A stretch of DNA of 63,581 nucleotides, filler included, from Nemertoderma westbladi (taxonomy: Eukaryota; Animalia; Xenacoelomorpha): the NCBI GenBank assembly GCA_032718475.1. It is 3 parts of 3 records of this genome, joined end to end, with 100 filler letters (N's around TTAATTAATTAA, not from the genome) between each part and the next. Parts side by side here need not be neighbours in the genome. Positions count along the whole stretch, not along the records: positions 1 to 23,297 come from JAUCBJ010004758.1; positions 23,398 to 51,052 come from JAUCBJ010002819.1; 1 more part is not named here. One strand, written 5' to 3'. The notes beneath the pieces were generated by a model. The model was not told where the DNA came from. It was given only the letters and a program-made list of their open reading frames with translations, and made no database searches. Every line of letters starts with the position of its first letter. Positions within the stretch are counted from its first letter, which is position 1. Below, one piece after another: positions 11,373 through 24,844 of the stretch. The position numbers and the translations under genes were made by a program.

Positions 11373-11836
11373 CAGTGTTCCCAAATAATACTGACCTGGT
11401 TCTTAATAGTAAAATATAATTTCAACCAAAACATCTCCATAAGTTGTTTACTAAATCAAAATTGTATAATAGTCTATAAAATTGGAGTCTGTTTGTGGTT
11501 TTTAATGTTTTGAGACACAACTTTTTATTTTTGTTATTTTATAAAATATATTGGAATTGCTGTGGTGCCAGTGTTCCCAAATGGGAACAGGTCTTTTTTG
11601 AGAAAACTAACAGGCGCAATGAAAAAATTTTTTTTGCAAAGTTTAAGTTGAATCGATTTGAAACGGTTTCAAAAATTTCAACGAATTTTATCAAGGGTGT
11701 TGGATTATTTCACTGTTAAGTAGAAACTACAGTACCACGTAAAAACTTTCTAAATCCGACGTATTTTGCCTTAATTTGTAGTAGTTGTAATATGCCCACT
11801 TCCTATTAGTAGTTATAAGTTCACTGGTGATTCTAT

Positions 11837-11918
11837 TGGCGCAGTGGTCAGATAGGTTAAGGCGTTGATTATATTCTAGGTAGGACCTAGGTAGGTCAGG
11901 GGTTCGAATCTGGGTCGG
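11837..11918 (+). other. tRNA-like Pol III head (SINE head or tRNA pseudogene)
   Basis: A-box-like TGGCGCAGTGG / GGTTAAGGCG and B-box GGTTCGAATC; no convincing cloverleaf or anticodon arm. Confidence 0.4.
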
Positions 11919-14603
11919 GAAATTAATATTTTGGACTATTAAATTTTCAGTTTCATTTAATTAGGTAAGCCAATGAGGTGCGTACAACACATGGAATGAT
12001 GGATTGGGCCAATCATAGGGTACTTAATAACTTATTGCTCCAATGTGCGGCCATGGAATGTTATCGAATGTTCTAGTTGATTCCATGCCTAGGATTTGCT
12101 ATATAAAGGGCGATTTGTCGTTTGGTTATCACTATATCTTACTACATACTTGACTCTGTTAAGATGGCAGTTCTAATTAACTGTTAATTCTTCTTCGTTA
12201 TCTCTCTTACTTTAGTTTAGTTCCCTTTGTTATTTGTAAAGTTAAGTTTGATAAGTCTTATAATTACGTTAATATACTGCAAACTTTTGACCATGTAGTT
12301 TTGACGTATCCACCTTTGAGACAGCCAAACGCTTCGGGGAATGGCTGCCTAGACCATTAGGCCTTCAGCGACGCAGGGAAAAGATGTCCACGACACATTG
12401 AGCCCACATTATCTTCGCCCACGCCCAATCGAAAGTATGACCTCTTGCCAGAAAGCGCCCACTTCAGAGGAAGGTAAGACTTTGTTTGATGCCCTTGCCT
12501 GTCGTAAGACCTTAGATCAGGGTAAAGCGTGACGCCGTCCTGGGACGCTGTAAAATTTAGGATTAAATATCTCAGATTCAGACAGAAATAACCCCGGATC
12601 AACCTGTATCTCCTACAGGTATGAGCTGTTGCTGTTCGTCAGTACGCGCAAGTACACTTAGGTGAGAATAGGACACACTCTATAATTTGGTGATTTGCAG
12701 TACTGACAGTATGGTACCGGTTCGCTTTGTAGGCCTTATAGTTTGCCCTGAGAAGTCTGATAGTCTGAGTCCAAAATATTTGATCAGGCAAGAGGCAGCT
12801 TTCTGCTACCGGCACATGTTTGACTTAGCGAGGTTACTAACATCCTACCGCGCATACTGATAGGTATTTACTGCTAACCACCGCAGTAACAAAGTTCTAG
12901 AATAAATTTGTATACCAGATCAGCAAACATACGGTAGTAAATTAACACCTATTCTCTTATCTCACAATCAGAATCTGGTGTTAGTGCCGATGACGGGTGT
13001 AGTTACTAACACCGTAATTTCCCAGTTGAGTTGTGAACAGAGGAGGAGAGAGCCCTTTTGACGTCAGTTTGTAAGTATTGCGTCTACAGCGTGCGACTAG
13101 CTTTTTCGAGTAGCTAGCGCCCGGTATTATTATTTTGATTAAAATCACTAAAACCTAGTATAACGGCGATACACCAAAATTGTTTTATTTGTAACACACA
13201 CACACACGCGTCTTAAGATCCATTAGCTACCATAGGCTTATTAGTAAGAGGTATTCTGTAGTTCTGTAATTTCTATAATTCTTGTAATTTGAGGAGATAT
13301 TTAATAATTAGTTTTACGGCATATAAGAGGTAGTTTAGGAGCACCCTTTTGACTGCTACTTTCCTGTCGGCAGTATTGTTACGCTAGTCTGATGATCCAC
13401 TAACTCGTATATAAACCATATAAATCACACTGCGGCAAGTTTACAGTATTTCGGTACATTAGCGATAGTTAGGATTCGCTGCGCGGGGATTGTATGGTCT
13501 GTATCTGTAGACTGGACATCTGCCTCAACGGTTAGAGGCCAGGTACCGGTATCCTGTTTTGTCTAGTTTGCCCGGGCATTTGACTCGCCCACGTATTTGA
13601 ATAGACATCAGGCTCCGTTCCTCGCCAGTAGTAGTTTGTGTACTTAGTATCTGTTTATTTAGACATCCTGGACTGGGATTTATTGTCAGATACTGTACGA
13701 GCCCGTATACACTGCTGGATTCTACAGTAAGGTACATCATTATTAGGATCCATTAGGCGGTATACTACTGGACTTTTCAGTAGGAGATATTTTATAGTTT
13801 AATATTAGTAGATTAGTTGAACTGTAAAATGGCTCTTACTGGAAAGGCTCTAAAAGTAGGAGATACGTACATAATTTAGGTCTATGTACGTCCTTACGTA
13901 ATTTAGGGTAGTTTTATTCGTATTTGGCTAGCTGTAGATAGCTAGTTAGTTTGTAATTATTTTGTCTTAGGCCGTGTGTGTGCGGTGTTACTTTTTCGGT
14001 ACTTGAAAAGGTACACAGGGTTTAAAGACCAATTTGTATCGGTACCTAGGAAAATTTTTTTTGTAGAGTAGTTCGTAAAACTCTTACCTTCGATTTTTCT
14101 GGACTCATTTCTGGACCGCCTCGAAGGATTAGGCCATTTTTAGCAAGTTTGGGAGACACACGATTCGTCCGCGACGCTGGAAATGGAACAGTTCTTGTCC
14201 GGTTTGTATCTGGGAATTTATACAACTGGAAGATCAAAGGAACGTAAGTTTTATGACTCGTGTCGTTTAAACTTAGAGCACAGTAGTACTCAAAATTTGT
14301 GGGTTCCACTGTTTAATTTATGTGTTTGTTGGTACTTATTTTCCCTTAGATGTTGCTGTTTTGCCTATTATTTGTACTTGTTGATCTACATTTTGGTTAT
14401 TTATACCACTATCTCAATTATTCGTACAGATTTAGCCGGTAGGCTGAATTATTATTATTTTATTATATATCTTTTGATTTTATTTGTACCGGTTAGGGTA
14501 TATATAGTATATATATATACCGAGGTAAGTTTTGATATTTTGACATTTCGACATTCTGACATTTTGACATTTATTACCCATATTCGATGTATATAATACA
14601 GAC

Positions 14604-15603
14604 ATGAATACAATACATACCCACCTACCGACTATGATTCGTGTGACCCAGACAGATCGACAGTAGACGACCCGAGAAGGAGGACTCGCGATTCTACCGA
14701 TGTCACACTGTGTGCGTCGCCGGTACCACGAACGGAAATACCGGAAGCCATAGCGTGTGGCGACGGTAGAACCGATGACTTCCTTACCGTCCCACAAACC
14801 AGATTGCAGGCACCGGACATGGTAAGTTCGACTGGAAGCCAGGAGAACATTATTAGGAGTATAGGAGGACACATGGCCCAGATTACTCAAAATATCGGAG
14901 AAGGTTTTCGCGTTATGCACGAGTTAACCGCCCCGATGTCGAGATATGAGTTCTACACCTTACAGGTAAGGATAGAAGGTAGGATACATGCCTCCGTAGA
15001 TAAACTAAAAGGTTTACACGAACTCGCAGAGTTGCGTGGCGACAACTTTACTCAGGTAAAGATAATAGATAAGTTGGTAAGTGCTAGGGAAAGCCTCATT
15101 CAGTTTAAGTTGGTTGTGGGATCGACTCAGAAAGAGCAACTCGACCAACTGATGGGTGAGTCTGTTTCCGACACGTTGTTGCAACCCGAAGAGGAATAAG
15201 AACTATACTGCTTGGACGGGAGATTAGAGACACTCACCGATTTTCTTCGTAGATGCGGCGTACCGATCAAAGAACCAGAAGTTGTACCGAGAAGGACGAC
15301 GGAAGTTCTATCTATGGAAGGCTCACGAGCCTACCAAATTCCACAACTGGATAGATCGTTCACTACAATACGGAGCAACATTAGTCGGACAGCATCGGCA
15401 ATTACTCGACGGCGGCAGGAGATCGCACCCCAGCAACAAGACTTCATAAGAGAAGCACGGATGCGGATCGCACTAATGCCAAAGGAGAGAGACGAATAGC
15501 TAAATTCCGAGGAGAGTGAGAGTCGATTCGCAATGGTTACGGTAACAGGTTTGTTATGCCGGAATCATTTCCGCAGCCACGAGCGACTTCATCGCCGATT
15601 ATA
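14604..15603 (+). pseudogene. Decayed ORF, possibly the gag N-terminus of an LTR retroelement
   Basis: ORFs 14804-15199 and 15212-15499 are in the same frame, separated by one stop; helical, charged composition. Preceded by a long retroelement-like leader with TATATAAA at about 12100. No diagnostic motif. Confidence 0.35.
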
Positions 15604-17519
15604 GCAGGTAAGGTATAAGACAGTTCAAGGAGTAATGATAATGTAATATACCAAATAATAAATACTTATGCAAATATATATATCTTAGCACTAAGTAGGC
15701 CTACCCCGGAGTCCCGGTCAGCCGGTACAATGCAGTACAGCAGTATGCAGTAACACCACCACCACTAAACTAGAGCATTCTGTCTCGCCTACCGGTACTA
15801 CTCCCATGTACTGTCCATGGTTTCCTATTATACCATCATATCATTATCTTACACCCCCCCCCCCCCCCCCCCCCCCCCATAAGTTCATCATGAACTTATT
15901 TCCAGTCTATCGCGAGGTTTTTACTTTCTCCCCGCTTTTGTTACATAAGTGTTATCAGTTACCGCCTCTGGTTCACTGTATTCCACTGTTGTGTCTGCTA
16001 ATGTTTTCTTGCATGTCCGCATTACAGTCAATGATGGAGTTCCTCACATTTGTTATTATATCATTTTCGTCATCTGAGCTCGGGTATATTTCTGGATTGA
16101 TATCAACTGTGATGGGATCGTAGATCCCAACCGGGTAAGATTTAGTACGCGTCACCTGACTGCTGGTCTGCTGGGCTAGTGTCCTTTTGGCTGAAAGCCG
16201 TTGGGGAAAAATAACAGAGTTTGTGTTCCTCAATGTTAATGTTCCAAATGATAATAGCACAGAATAAGTTACAGTATGTGATTGAAATCGCAATACAGAA
16301 TAACAGCAGATATACAATTGATAGATATTGGTTGGCAATGGTGACGGTCAAAAACTATAACCGGTCTGCAACTCTGTGATTAATGAACTGACCGGTAAAT
16401 CAGTAATACAGAATAACTATATGATTGATACACATAGATATTGGTTTCACCTCTTACTCTACTTGGCCTTCTGTACCCAATGGATGCTTTCCTGTCTCTG
16501 TTCACGTGCTCCCTTGCCAGCTATTGGCTTATATACTAATTGTCACTTTGGCACTCACTGTCAGTGTTTCCCCCTGCCGCTAGCCTTTACTAGCTGTGTT
16601 CTCCTTCCGAGGTTGTTTGACCTCTCACCTCTCTCTGTGGCTTTAGGGCTTGTATCGCCCCCCCCCCCCCCCCAAAGTTGGTTATGAGGCGAGATTATTA
16701 TTGGTAATCTCGTATCGCCAACTATATTGGTAAAATCCCACTGGACCCATTTTCGGGTGGATAATGCAAGGGAATTGAATCCGCTTACACTCCCCCCCCC
16801 CATGCTATCTTCCCGGTGAGAAGATAGAATCAACCTTAAGTGCGCTTCAATTCCGCTGGAACCCAACCTAATATTGCGTGTGGAGTGGAGTTCTTTTCTC
16901 GGAGTCGGCTTTCCTGACCGCCCCCCTGGGTGTGTTATTACTACCCCTCCTTGGTGCAATCGCAAGCACCAAGCCAATGTTGCACCAAGGCATCTGGTGT
17001 CTCTGTTTGAGACAATTGTGCTCTCTCTTCACACAATTTTCCACAAACTCACTCTAATTTTCCTCACGGACCTCGCTGTCCCTCACTCTCACTTCGGTCC
17101 CTTGGGACTCTTCACCTCTCACTGCTCGCTCCCCACATTTGGATTGCACTTCTTTCACTTCCCCACGCGTCAATACCTCCTCTCCATACTTCCCCCATTT
17201 CCCTTGTACACAACTGATATCTCACTCCACCCACCCCTGACGAGCCTCACCCTCCCTTTTTGTGCCGTCGCACACAAGAAGCATGATTCGTCTAGTGTCT
17301 CGTCTTCCTGTCGTAGTCAATTGGTCCCCAGTCCCAGTAGCTAATTGGAAAAGGTTATATATGACTATAGTACTTACATTGATTATATATTTAAATTGAT
17401 AATATTGATTATCTACATACGTACATACTAATTGCACTTAATTATTTGCACTTAGGAGTTCGTATTATACCCTACATGTGGTGCCTTCCAGACACACCCA
17501 CATCTCTATCTCTGAGTTC

Positions 17520-18980
17520 TAGTTCGCTCCTAACGTCTTCGGGAACCATCTGAGTTCTTTGCCCCTGTCATCGTCTTGTCTGGGCCGCTTCCTTCCCTCC
17601 GGCTTGTCCTCCCTGAGACTTCTCATTCTTGCCGTTACCGTCTTGCTAAGCCCCTTCGTCAGGTTCTTTGGGCGCTGGTGTTATCAACTCCCGGTAACAC
17701 TTTGCAGGTGGCCCCTCCGAATGCCCCTCCTGCTTCCCCCTGGTAGCGTCCCACAGGATCAGTTTCATCGCCCGCGGCACGTGTTCCGCCAGAAAGTCCC
17801 TGAACTCGACCCTGTTCTCTGGCGACCATCTATCCAAGTATCTCTGAGTGTTGATGACTCCTCCATACGATGCCGCTGTCGCTACCTCCTGATATGTGAA
17901 TGGCAGTCTCCTCTTGATAATATCCTGGTGGGCTCCCGGAATGATGTTGAAGAAGCCCCACCGGAACTCCTGGGCCTTCATCCTCTGCCGTGTCATGACA
18001 CCGACGTTGGCCCACTCCTCGAAGATCTTAAACTTCTCTTCATCGTCCATCCAGTTGCACTTTGAGCAGCAGTTGTGCAGCCTCAGACATGCACCCATCC
18101 TATGGGTCGACTCGCAGCAGTAGAGACAGCTCGTCCCCTTCTGAAATCGATACAAGCAGCTCTTTTCCTGGTGAGTTAGTCTCCTGCAGTAGTCACAGCC
18201 GTGTATCAATGCATCCCGCCCCAAATCGTCCTTTGCCCCGAGCGGTCTCCTAGGTCTGTGGAGCCGTTGATAGGTAAACATCTGGACACTTTTGGTCCCT
18301 ACCCATATCGACGTCTTCCTCCACCCTCGGCATCGTCTCCCCAAACACTACCCGTGGTGCCGTTCCCGGTTGCTCGCCCAACCTGATCGTGCTACCTGCG
18401 AAATCCATCGCTGGCTCCTCGTGCACCCAGGCCCGCTTGCTGGGTTTATCCCAGAAGGCTCTCACCCCGCTGGCTGTCACCACTCTCCCACCCACCCAGT
18501 CCATATCTGAGTGGCCGATCCTTTCAATGGGCGGCATCTCCCCGAACTCGTCATCATCCTCCTCCCTCGCTGGGAGTGGATCTGGACCCAGTAACCCGGT
18601 AGATCCACTGTGTCCCTTTCCGCCTCAGTTTCCACCCGTAACTTTCCACCCTTCCTGCTCCCTCGGTCTCTTCCTTGCAAAATCGCCCTCAGAGCCCCCT
18701 GGCATGGGCATTACTTGCAATGTCGACTGTCTCGGTGATCCTGCCGTCCATCCCAGTTCCTCCCCCAGAAACTTGCCTGAGCTCTCCGATCCCCACCTTA
18801 GCTCGTCCAAGTTCTGGGCTTCGAACTCGTAATCCTCTCCCCTTATACCCGCTTCTCTCTCGTCCACCTCCCTCCTTTCTCTCCTGGCGATCTCCTCCAG
18901 TCTTCTCTCCTCGATTCTATCCGCTTCCAGCTTCTTTCACCTCTTGTAAGGTGTCCACTAGGTGTCGGCTATCATAGTAC
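17520..18980 (-). pseudogene. Decayed ORF with two CCHC zinc knuckles (retroelement gag/accessory-like)
   Basis: CDYCRRLTHQEKSC and CLYCCESTHRMGAC (both CX2CX4HX4C, nt 18087-18197) plus a partial third (CSKC); adjacent ORF pieces are separated by stops and frameshifts. Confidence 0.6.
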
Positions 18981-20369
18981 ACTGACTCGCCATTCAGCAC
19001 CGGGTTGTCAACCAGACCTTCCTAAAAGGCCACATTAAAGGCTCTCCTGTAGTTTAGAGGTGCCCTTCGGTGTCTAGGACCATGTATCCTTTCAAAATTA
19101 TTTCAAAGTATTTCAAAATTTGATTACACCAAAACAACATATGCATACAATACCACCATATTATTAAATTATAAAATAATAATATGACTAATTATGTACT
19201 AGGGTGCGAAATCTATATCATCTTTTAATGACTGGTCAGGGCAATAGTAACTCAGTGATGGTACAGTGGATTATATATATATACGATGATAACCGTGACT
19301 AGAAACCAAGTAAAAGTGAAAGAAAGAAGGTTAATAAAAGTATGGTGAACATACATGAGCGGGAGACTGAATCAAAGGCCTTGAAGAAGTCAACAAAGAT
19401 AACAGCCGAGTGCTAATAGATCCAGCTTCACACTACAGCTGAGCAACAGGTATGAGGTTCTTGCCTCTGAGGCGGCAGATCACTGTCAAGGCTATACTGC
19501 CTTCACAAAAGCAGTTAAGTTTGCAGCTACAGAAACAGTTCCAGTATACCCGCGAAATCCCCTGGACTGACTACAAAATTCAGAAGTGCCGGAATGACCT
19601 TTTTAAGGCGCAGAAAGAGTCCCGACTCAAACAAACTACAGCAGCCAAGAATGCAGTTAAGGCTGCATTTAGGTCCCTAAACAGGCAGTACTATGTTAAT
19701 CTACAGGAGCTAATAAACCAACAGGTTGATGCCATCAATGATGCTGACGACAGCAAGCAATCATCCCAGGCATGGAAATCGATCAACTTGCTTACTGGTT
19801 GGAAAAGCCAACCAACCACCAAGGTTAAGGCTGAATCACCAGCCGATCGCCTCAATGTTTGGACGGCCCACTTTGAAAAGCTCCTCAATAATGACAGGGT
19901 ATTGCCTGATAACTTTATAGAAGTAAAAGTGTCTGAGTCTGTACTCCCAGATATTCCCATTGGCGATATCTCCTTTGCAGAAGTGAAGGCTATTGCAAAG
20001 AGCATTAAGACCAGTCGTGCCAGTGGAGTAGATGGTGTCCCCCCTGAGGCTGAGGTCTTTAAAATACCTGATTGTTTAAAGCTCATCTATCCCATCATAG
20101 TAGACATGTACCGAACAACAAGAGTCCCACAAGAAATGAAAACAAATAAGTTGGTGCCAGTTCCCGGGAAGGGCAACCTAACACTCTATGGTTCTTTTCA
20201 GGGGATCTCATTGATCTCGATTGCTGCAAAGCTATACAATAGAATTCTATTAAATCGCATCAGGGATCCCATTAAGAGACTGCTCCGTGGAAATCAGAAT
20301 GGGTTAGGTAAAGGTCGTGGGACCATGGAGCCCATTTTGGCACTTAGAAGGATAATAATAATAATGAAT

Positions 20370-21445
20370 AACAAGCTGGCAAGCCTGGAAGGTTCACGGT
20401 CCTCCTACTTAATCAGTACAATAATAATACGTTTTCGTTCGGGTAGGCCTATGTTTCCTTTTCACTTGTTCCCATCGTACAGTCGTAGGCGACCTCATGC
20501 TCCTGTGCTCATCCCACCACGACCACGACCACCAGTTACGAGTTGGGTAGGCGTCTACCGGCAACCGGTAAGTAATTACGCGCCACACGACGTCATCCCG
20601 CCATCCGCCAACATTTATACCGGTACGGTAAGCCTACCACCTACCGGCTGGCTACCATCGCACCGTAGGTCTACCGCCTACGCCTACCGGTCAACCGGTA
20701 ACGGTAGGCTACCGCGTACCGGTACAGCGGTACTCAAAGTCGTACCGGTATTGTCGTAATTGACAAATGCAGGATTAAACCGTAACCCGTTCCAGTACCG
20801 GTACCATATGCATCTGAACGACTGGACGGTTAATCTCATAGCATAGCTGCATAGGCCTACTGGTAGTCAGTGCGAAGTCGCCTGCGAACATGGCGAAATA
20901 TTATATTTACTGCTAGGGCTAGGCTAGGACCTACTGCTGTACTGACCTATGACAGTATGAAGATAGGCAGATAGGCCTACAGTGGTCAGGTAGTACCGGT
21001 CCGGTATGCCTACTACAGGCAGACAATCAGACAGTACTAGCAGTGCTAATTAATTACCTTAATTAAATCTTCAATTAGGTCATAATGTAGGTCCAAATTT
21101 AAAAATCGGCCTCCGTTAATCGATTTACAAATAATTCAGGTACCTCCATGCCAAATATCAGAATCATTCATTGCGTTCCCTATGACAAGATAGCTTTTTC
21201 CTAAACCATGCGAAAACACGCAAATATAGCGCTCACATCGCACAAATACCATCTCGACACCCAATTTTTTGTATGAGCCTTCGCCATCCCTATATCTAAC
21301 TTTTGTCCAAATTTTGTTTCGATTGATTAATAAATAACTGAGATATCGCTCTGGACACACACACACACACACACACACACTAACACACACACACACACAC
21401 ATTACGGTAATAATGGTCACCTATGTCAAGGACCGTGAACCAATA
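20370..21445 (+). mobile_element. Helentron-associated (HINE/DINE-1-like) non-autonomous element
   Basis: Starts AACAAG; asymmetric inverted repeat GGTTCACGGTCCT (20391-20403) / AGGACCGTGAACC (21429-21441); (CA)n microsatellite near the 3' end; A/T-rich insertion site. Confidence 0.6.
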
Positions 21446-21670
21446 ATGAATAGGCTTTCCAGGATTTGGAAGTCACCAAGAATTAATCGGAAACTTAAGG
21501 TCCGATTATTTAGAGCAGCAGTAGTTCCAGTTCTCCTCTATGGGAGTCCATGCTGGGCTCTAACTGCTGAGGACACCAAATCTCTGGACGGCACATTCAC
21601 AAGAATGCTACGCCGGGTTCATTGTGTCAAGTACAATGCACACAACTCCAACCAGACACTAAATAACATT

Positions 21671-23066
21671 TGTTGCCGTTATTCCTACACCAGGGGGAAA
21701 AACGCCGATGCTGGAGACGTGACTTAACAGACCACCGAGCCCCGGCCAGTCACCGGATATTGATTGTGGGGAGGGAATATTTCTAAGATGCAAGTTTGCG
21801 GTTGAGAAAAGCTGCATTAGTTGGATATACTCTTTAATGTAACTTCCTATAGTTGAAAACCTGATTAAGAATAATTTTGGGCTTCCCCAAATCAATATAC
21901 ACCAAATATTCACAATAATTATACACGATAATATAAATCCCTACGGTATATTATTTAATAACCCACTGTTCGCTCAGAATTTTAGCCTACCTAATGTTCC
22001 CCAGATTTTCCCTCAGTCCCAGTCTTAGTGCCGTAGTGTCGGTGTCGGTCGACCCTGTCGCGTGTCCGTTCCACCCCTCACGAACCCCGAAGGGAACGAT
22101 CATCGAGAACCAGAACGGCTTGGCTAGGGGTCCGTCAGTTCATTACAGAAACCCAACCACCTAGGCTTTCCGAGTCCGTTTCAGGCTCGTAGTCGCTTCG
22201 GCAGCCGAGAAACTGCTCCGAACGGTCGGTAGGCCAGTAGAGTCTAGTCGAGTCTAGTCCTTTGTCTTTCGACCCCATCGCGTGTCCGTTCCACCCCTCA
22301 CGAACCCCGAAGGGAGCGATCATCGAGAACCAGAACGGCTTGGCTAAGGGGTCTGTCGTCGGTTCCCGTCGCAAATCCCAGTCAAGCAGTCAGCGTTCCG
22401 AGTTCTTTTCAGGCTCGTAGTAGCTGCAGTTGACCCGAGACCGCTAAGGGCAGTCCTTGTCAAACCAGTCCTGTGGCCAGCCCTTTCGCATGTCCGTCCC
22501 ACCCCTCACGAACCCCGAAGGGATCGGTCATCGAGAACCAGTACGGCTTAGGTCAGGGGGCAGTCTTAAGTTGGCCACCTGTTCGCGTGTCCGCTCCACC
22601 CCTCACGAACCCCGGGGTTCGATCATCGAGAACCAGAACGGCTTGGCTACTAAGGGGCCGTCGGTGCCCGTTGCAAATCCCTGACACAAGCAGTCAGCGT
22701 TCCGAGTTCTTTTCAGTCTCGTAGTAGCTGCCGTTGGCCAGGGACCGCTAAGGGCAGTCCTTGTCCTTTAGGCCTGGCGCATTACCAAATCCACCCCTAC
22801 AGGCAGCAGGAAGTTGGCCAGGGCCTAATAGTACTCAGGCTAACCTGAATACTGCTTGCATTTTCCATCCCCCCTGGCCCTTATAACTATGAAATTATTC
22901 CCGTACCCTGTAAGTTGCCCCAAAGTTCGCCCATAAATCGCCCCCAGTTTATTGAATGTGCCCAAAACCCATGGTCCCGCACCCAGTAGTAATATCGGAA
23001 TAATCAATTTTAATAAAATACAAAAATATTCAACTCGCGTTATGGAAAGTTGAAATACCGCGAACA
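21671..23066. mobile_element. 1396-bp solo LTR (TGTT...AACA, 5-bp TSD ACATT; BEL/Pao-like termini) inserted in the LINE
   Basis: ACATT at 21666-21670 and 23067-23071; removing the element restores LINE sequence ...ATAACATTGGA.GTGTCTC as seen at about 60207. Confidence 0.85.
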
Positions 23067-23297
23067 ACATTGGAAGTGTCTCATTGGTTCCCCCAAGCTT
23101 GACACTAGAACAAAGTCTCCTCCGCTTTGAAGGACATTGCTTTCGCCGTGAGGACCAGCCAGTGCATAATCTTGTGCTTTTGGTAGCCTTATGGAGTGAA
23201 TAAGCATGGTGGACAGCCCGTGACTTTCTTAAGACGCATCTTAAAGGACACTGGTCTTGAAGATGCGGATGATCTAGCAAATGTCATGGGTGATAGG

Positions 23298-23397
23298 NNN
23301 NNNNNNNNNNNNNNNNNNNNNNNNNNNNNNNNNNNNNNNNNTTAATTAATTAANNNNNNNNNNNNNNNNNNNNNNNNNNNNNNNNNNNNNNNNNNNN
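23298..23397. other. Assembly gap with synthetic TTAATTAATTAA linker
   Basis: 44 N + TTAATTAATTAA + 44 N; identical construct at 51053. Confidence 0.97.
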
Positions 23398-24376
23398 GCT
23401 ACAGTCAGTGTAACGGAGTAGACAGTCTAGTCAATATAATTCAGTAATTAAGAAATAGGGGCCTAATTCCTAACTATAGGCCAACGAAACAGCCTAAAGC
23501 AAACTGTAGGTAAACCTGTCCTGCAGTCCTGCTATGACGCAGGTATGCGTAGACCGTAGACTAAATATGAAATAGCAGCAATTTCAAACATAACTACCAC
23601 TACGTACTGCACTTCGTACCGGTACCAAGCAGCCAAAAACGTATAGAGTAGGCCTACAATACAATAGTAATAACTGGAGGTCAAACAATCAAACATACAA
23701 AAATTAAATCCTAACAAATAAATACTGTGTAGGCCTACAGTCAGACAGTAGGCTACTATATACATTCAGTTCAGACATTGCACGACTAGTAGCTGACATG
23801 GCCTATCACAGTATCAGTTTTCCAGTCTTCTGTATCAACATCAAGCATCAACCATCAAGTCTGAAGTCACCTCGCAGTCCACAGTCTCAAGTCAAAGTCA
23901 CCGTCTCCAGTCAGTCTGCTGCCAGTGTAATTTCGGTCTTTTTTTTTGTTTTATTAACGAAGTTAAGTCAGAAATTTTCCAGCCTCCCCCTCTGCCCTAT
24001 CTGCCTCTATGCCAGTATGCCCTGACAGCCTGATGCCAGTATGCCCTAAAAAAATGTTTCCTCCGTTAGTCGTTAGTCTGTTAGTCCGTACTGTCTGCCT
24101 ACTGCTGTACTGCGACTGCCTGCCAACCCTACCGTCAACCTACAGTCAGACAGTTTCAGATGTCAGAGTTCAGGAGTTAGAGTTTTGATTGATTGAATTT
24201 TTTCCCATATAAAAATACATACCGGTACTGCACAATACAATACGGTAGGGCCTACTGAATAATATAAATAAATCACAATTTACCGGTAATTTATTTTACA
24301 TTGTTTTATGTAAATTAATGGACGGCAGGATAATACATGATTGAAATTATATAATAAAATTGACTTGCCTACTGGC

Positions 24377-24444
24377 CTACTGTACAGAGTTAGACCATTT
24401 ATGTTACCTAGAGGTAACATAAATGGTCTAACTCTGTACAGTAG
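24377..24444. repeat. Perfect 68-bp hairpin (33-bp arms), probably a collapsed MITE
   Basis: CTACTGTACAGAGTTAGACCATTTATGTTACCT-AG-reverse complement. Confidence 0.85.
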
Positions 24445-24844
24445 CCTAGTTTACAATAAATCACGTATATACATACATTACAGCATTAAACTTTGAAATA
24501 AAATGAAATTTACAGTTTAAAATATATCTGTTACGTAGCTACAGTTAAAAAAGTAGTATCACATACGTACAGTAAAATTTATTTAACAAGGTACAATAAA
24601 ATACGAACACGTACAGACTAGTTAGTAGTTACTCTTACTACTACCAGCAACCAGAACAAGACTACAAACTGAGAAACAGACTGACAGAGAATACTGCAGT
24701 TTAGTGTGTAGTACACCTAGCAGTCTAGTACCTACTGTATCTGCCTTGCCTACCTACTGACCTAGCCCCCACTATGAATTTTCAACAGACACAGATTGAA
24801 CACAGTTCTGTAGTTTACAGTATCCCATATGTCTGTATGCAGCA

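Larger units (their letters stand above)
19344..23297 (+). mobile_element. Fragmented RTE-like LINE interrupted by two insertions
   Basis: RT N-terminal part (19410-20355: ASGVDGVP, GISLISIAAKLYNRILLNRI, NQNG..GRGT), C-terminal parts at 21446-21670 and 23067-23297, and a short inverted piece (VDFFKAFDSV) at 19344-19406; homologous to 38118-40210. Confidence 0.9.

Noticed and set aside
10319-11860. piggyBac-like element with TTAA ends
   Set aside because: The terminal match is only TTAACCT and the right end overlaps a tRNA-like head; boundaries are unsupported.
11837-11918. Functional tRNA gene
   Set aside because: A/B boxes are present but there is no proper acceptor or anticodon stem.
19452-20759. 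435-aa novel RT fusion protein
   Set aside because: The C-terminal third is read-through into the non-coding inserted element; the RT catalytic core is missing.
22058-22650. Hammerhead ribozyme repeats
   Set aside because: CTCGATGA rather than CTGATGA and no correctly placed GAAA; kept only as hairpins.
23342-23353. TTAATTAATTAA motif within N-runs (also 51097-51108)
   Set aside because: Six-frame-stop contig linker added during assembly; adjacency across the gaps is also uncertain.
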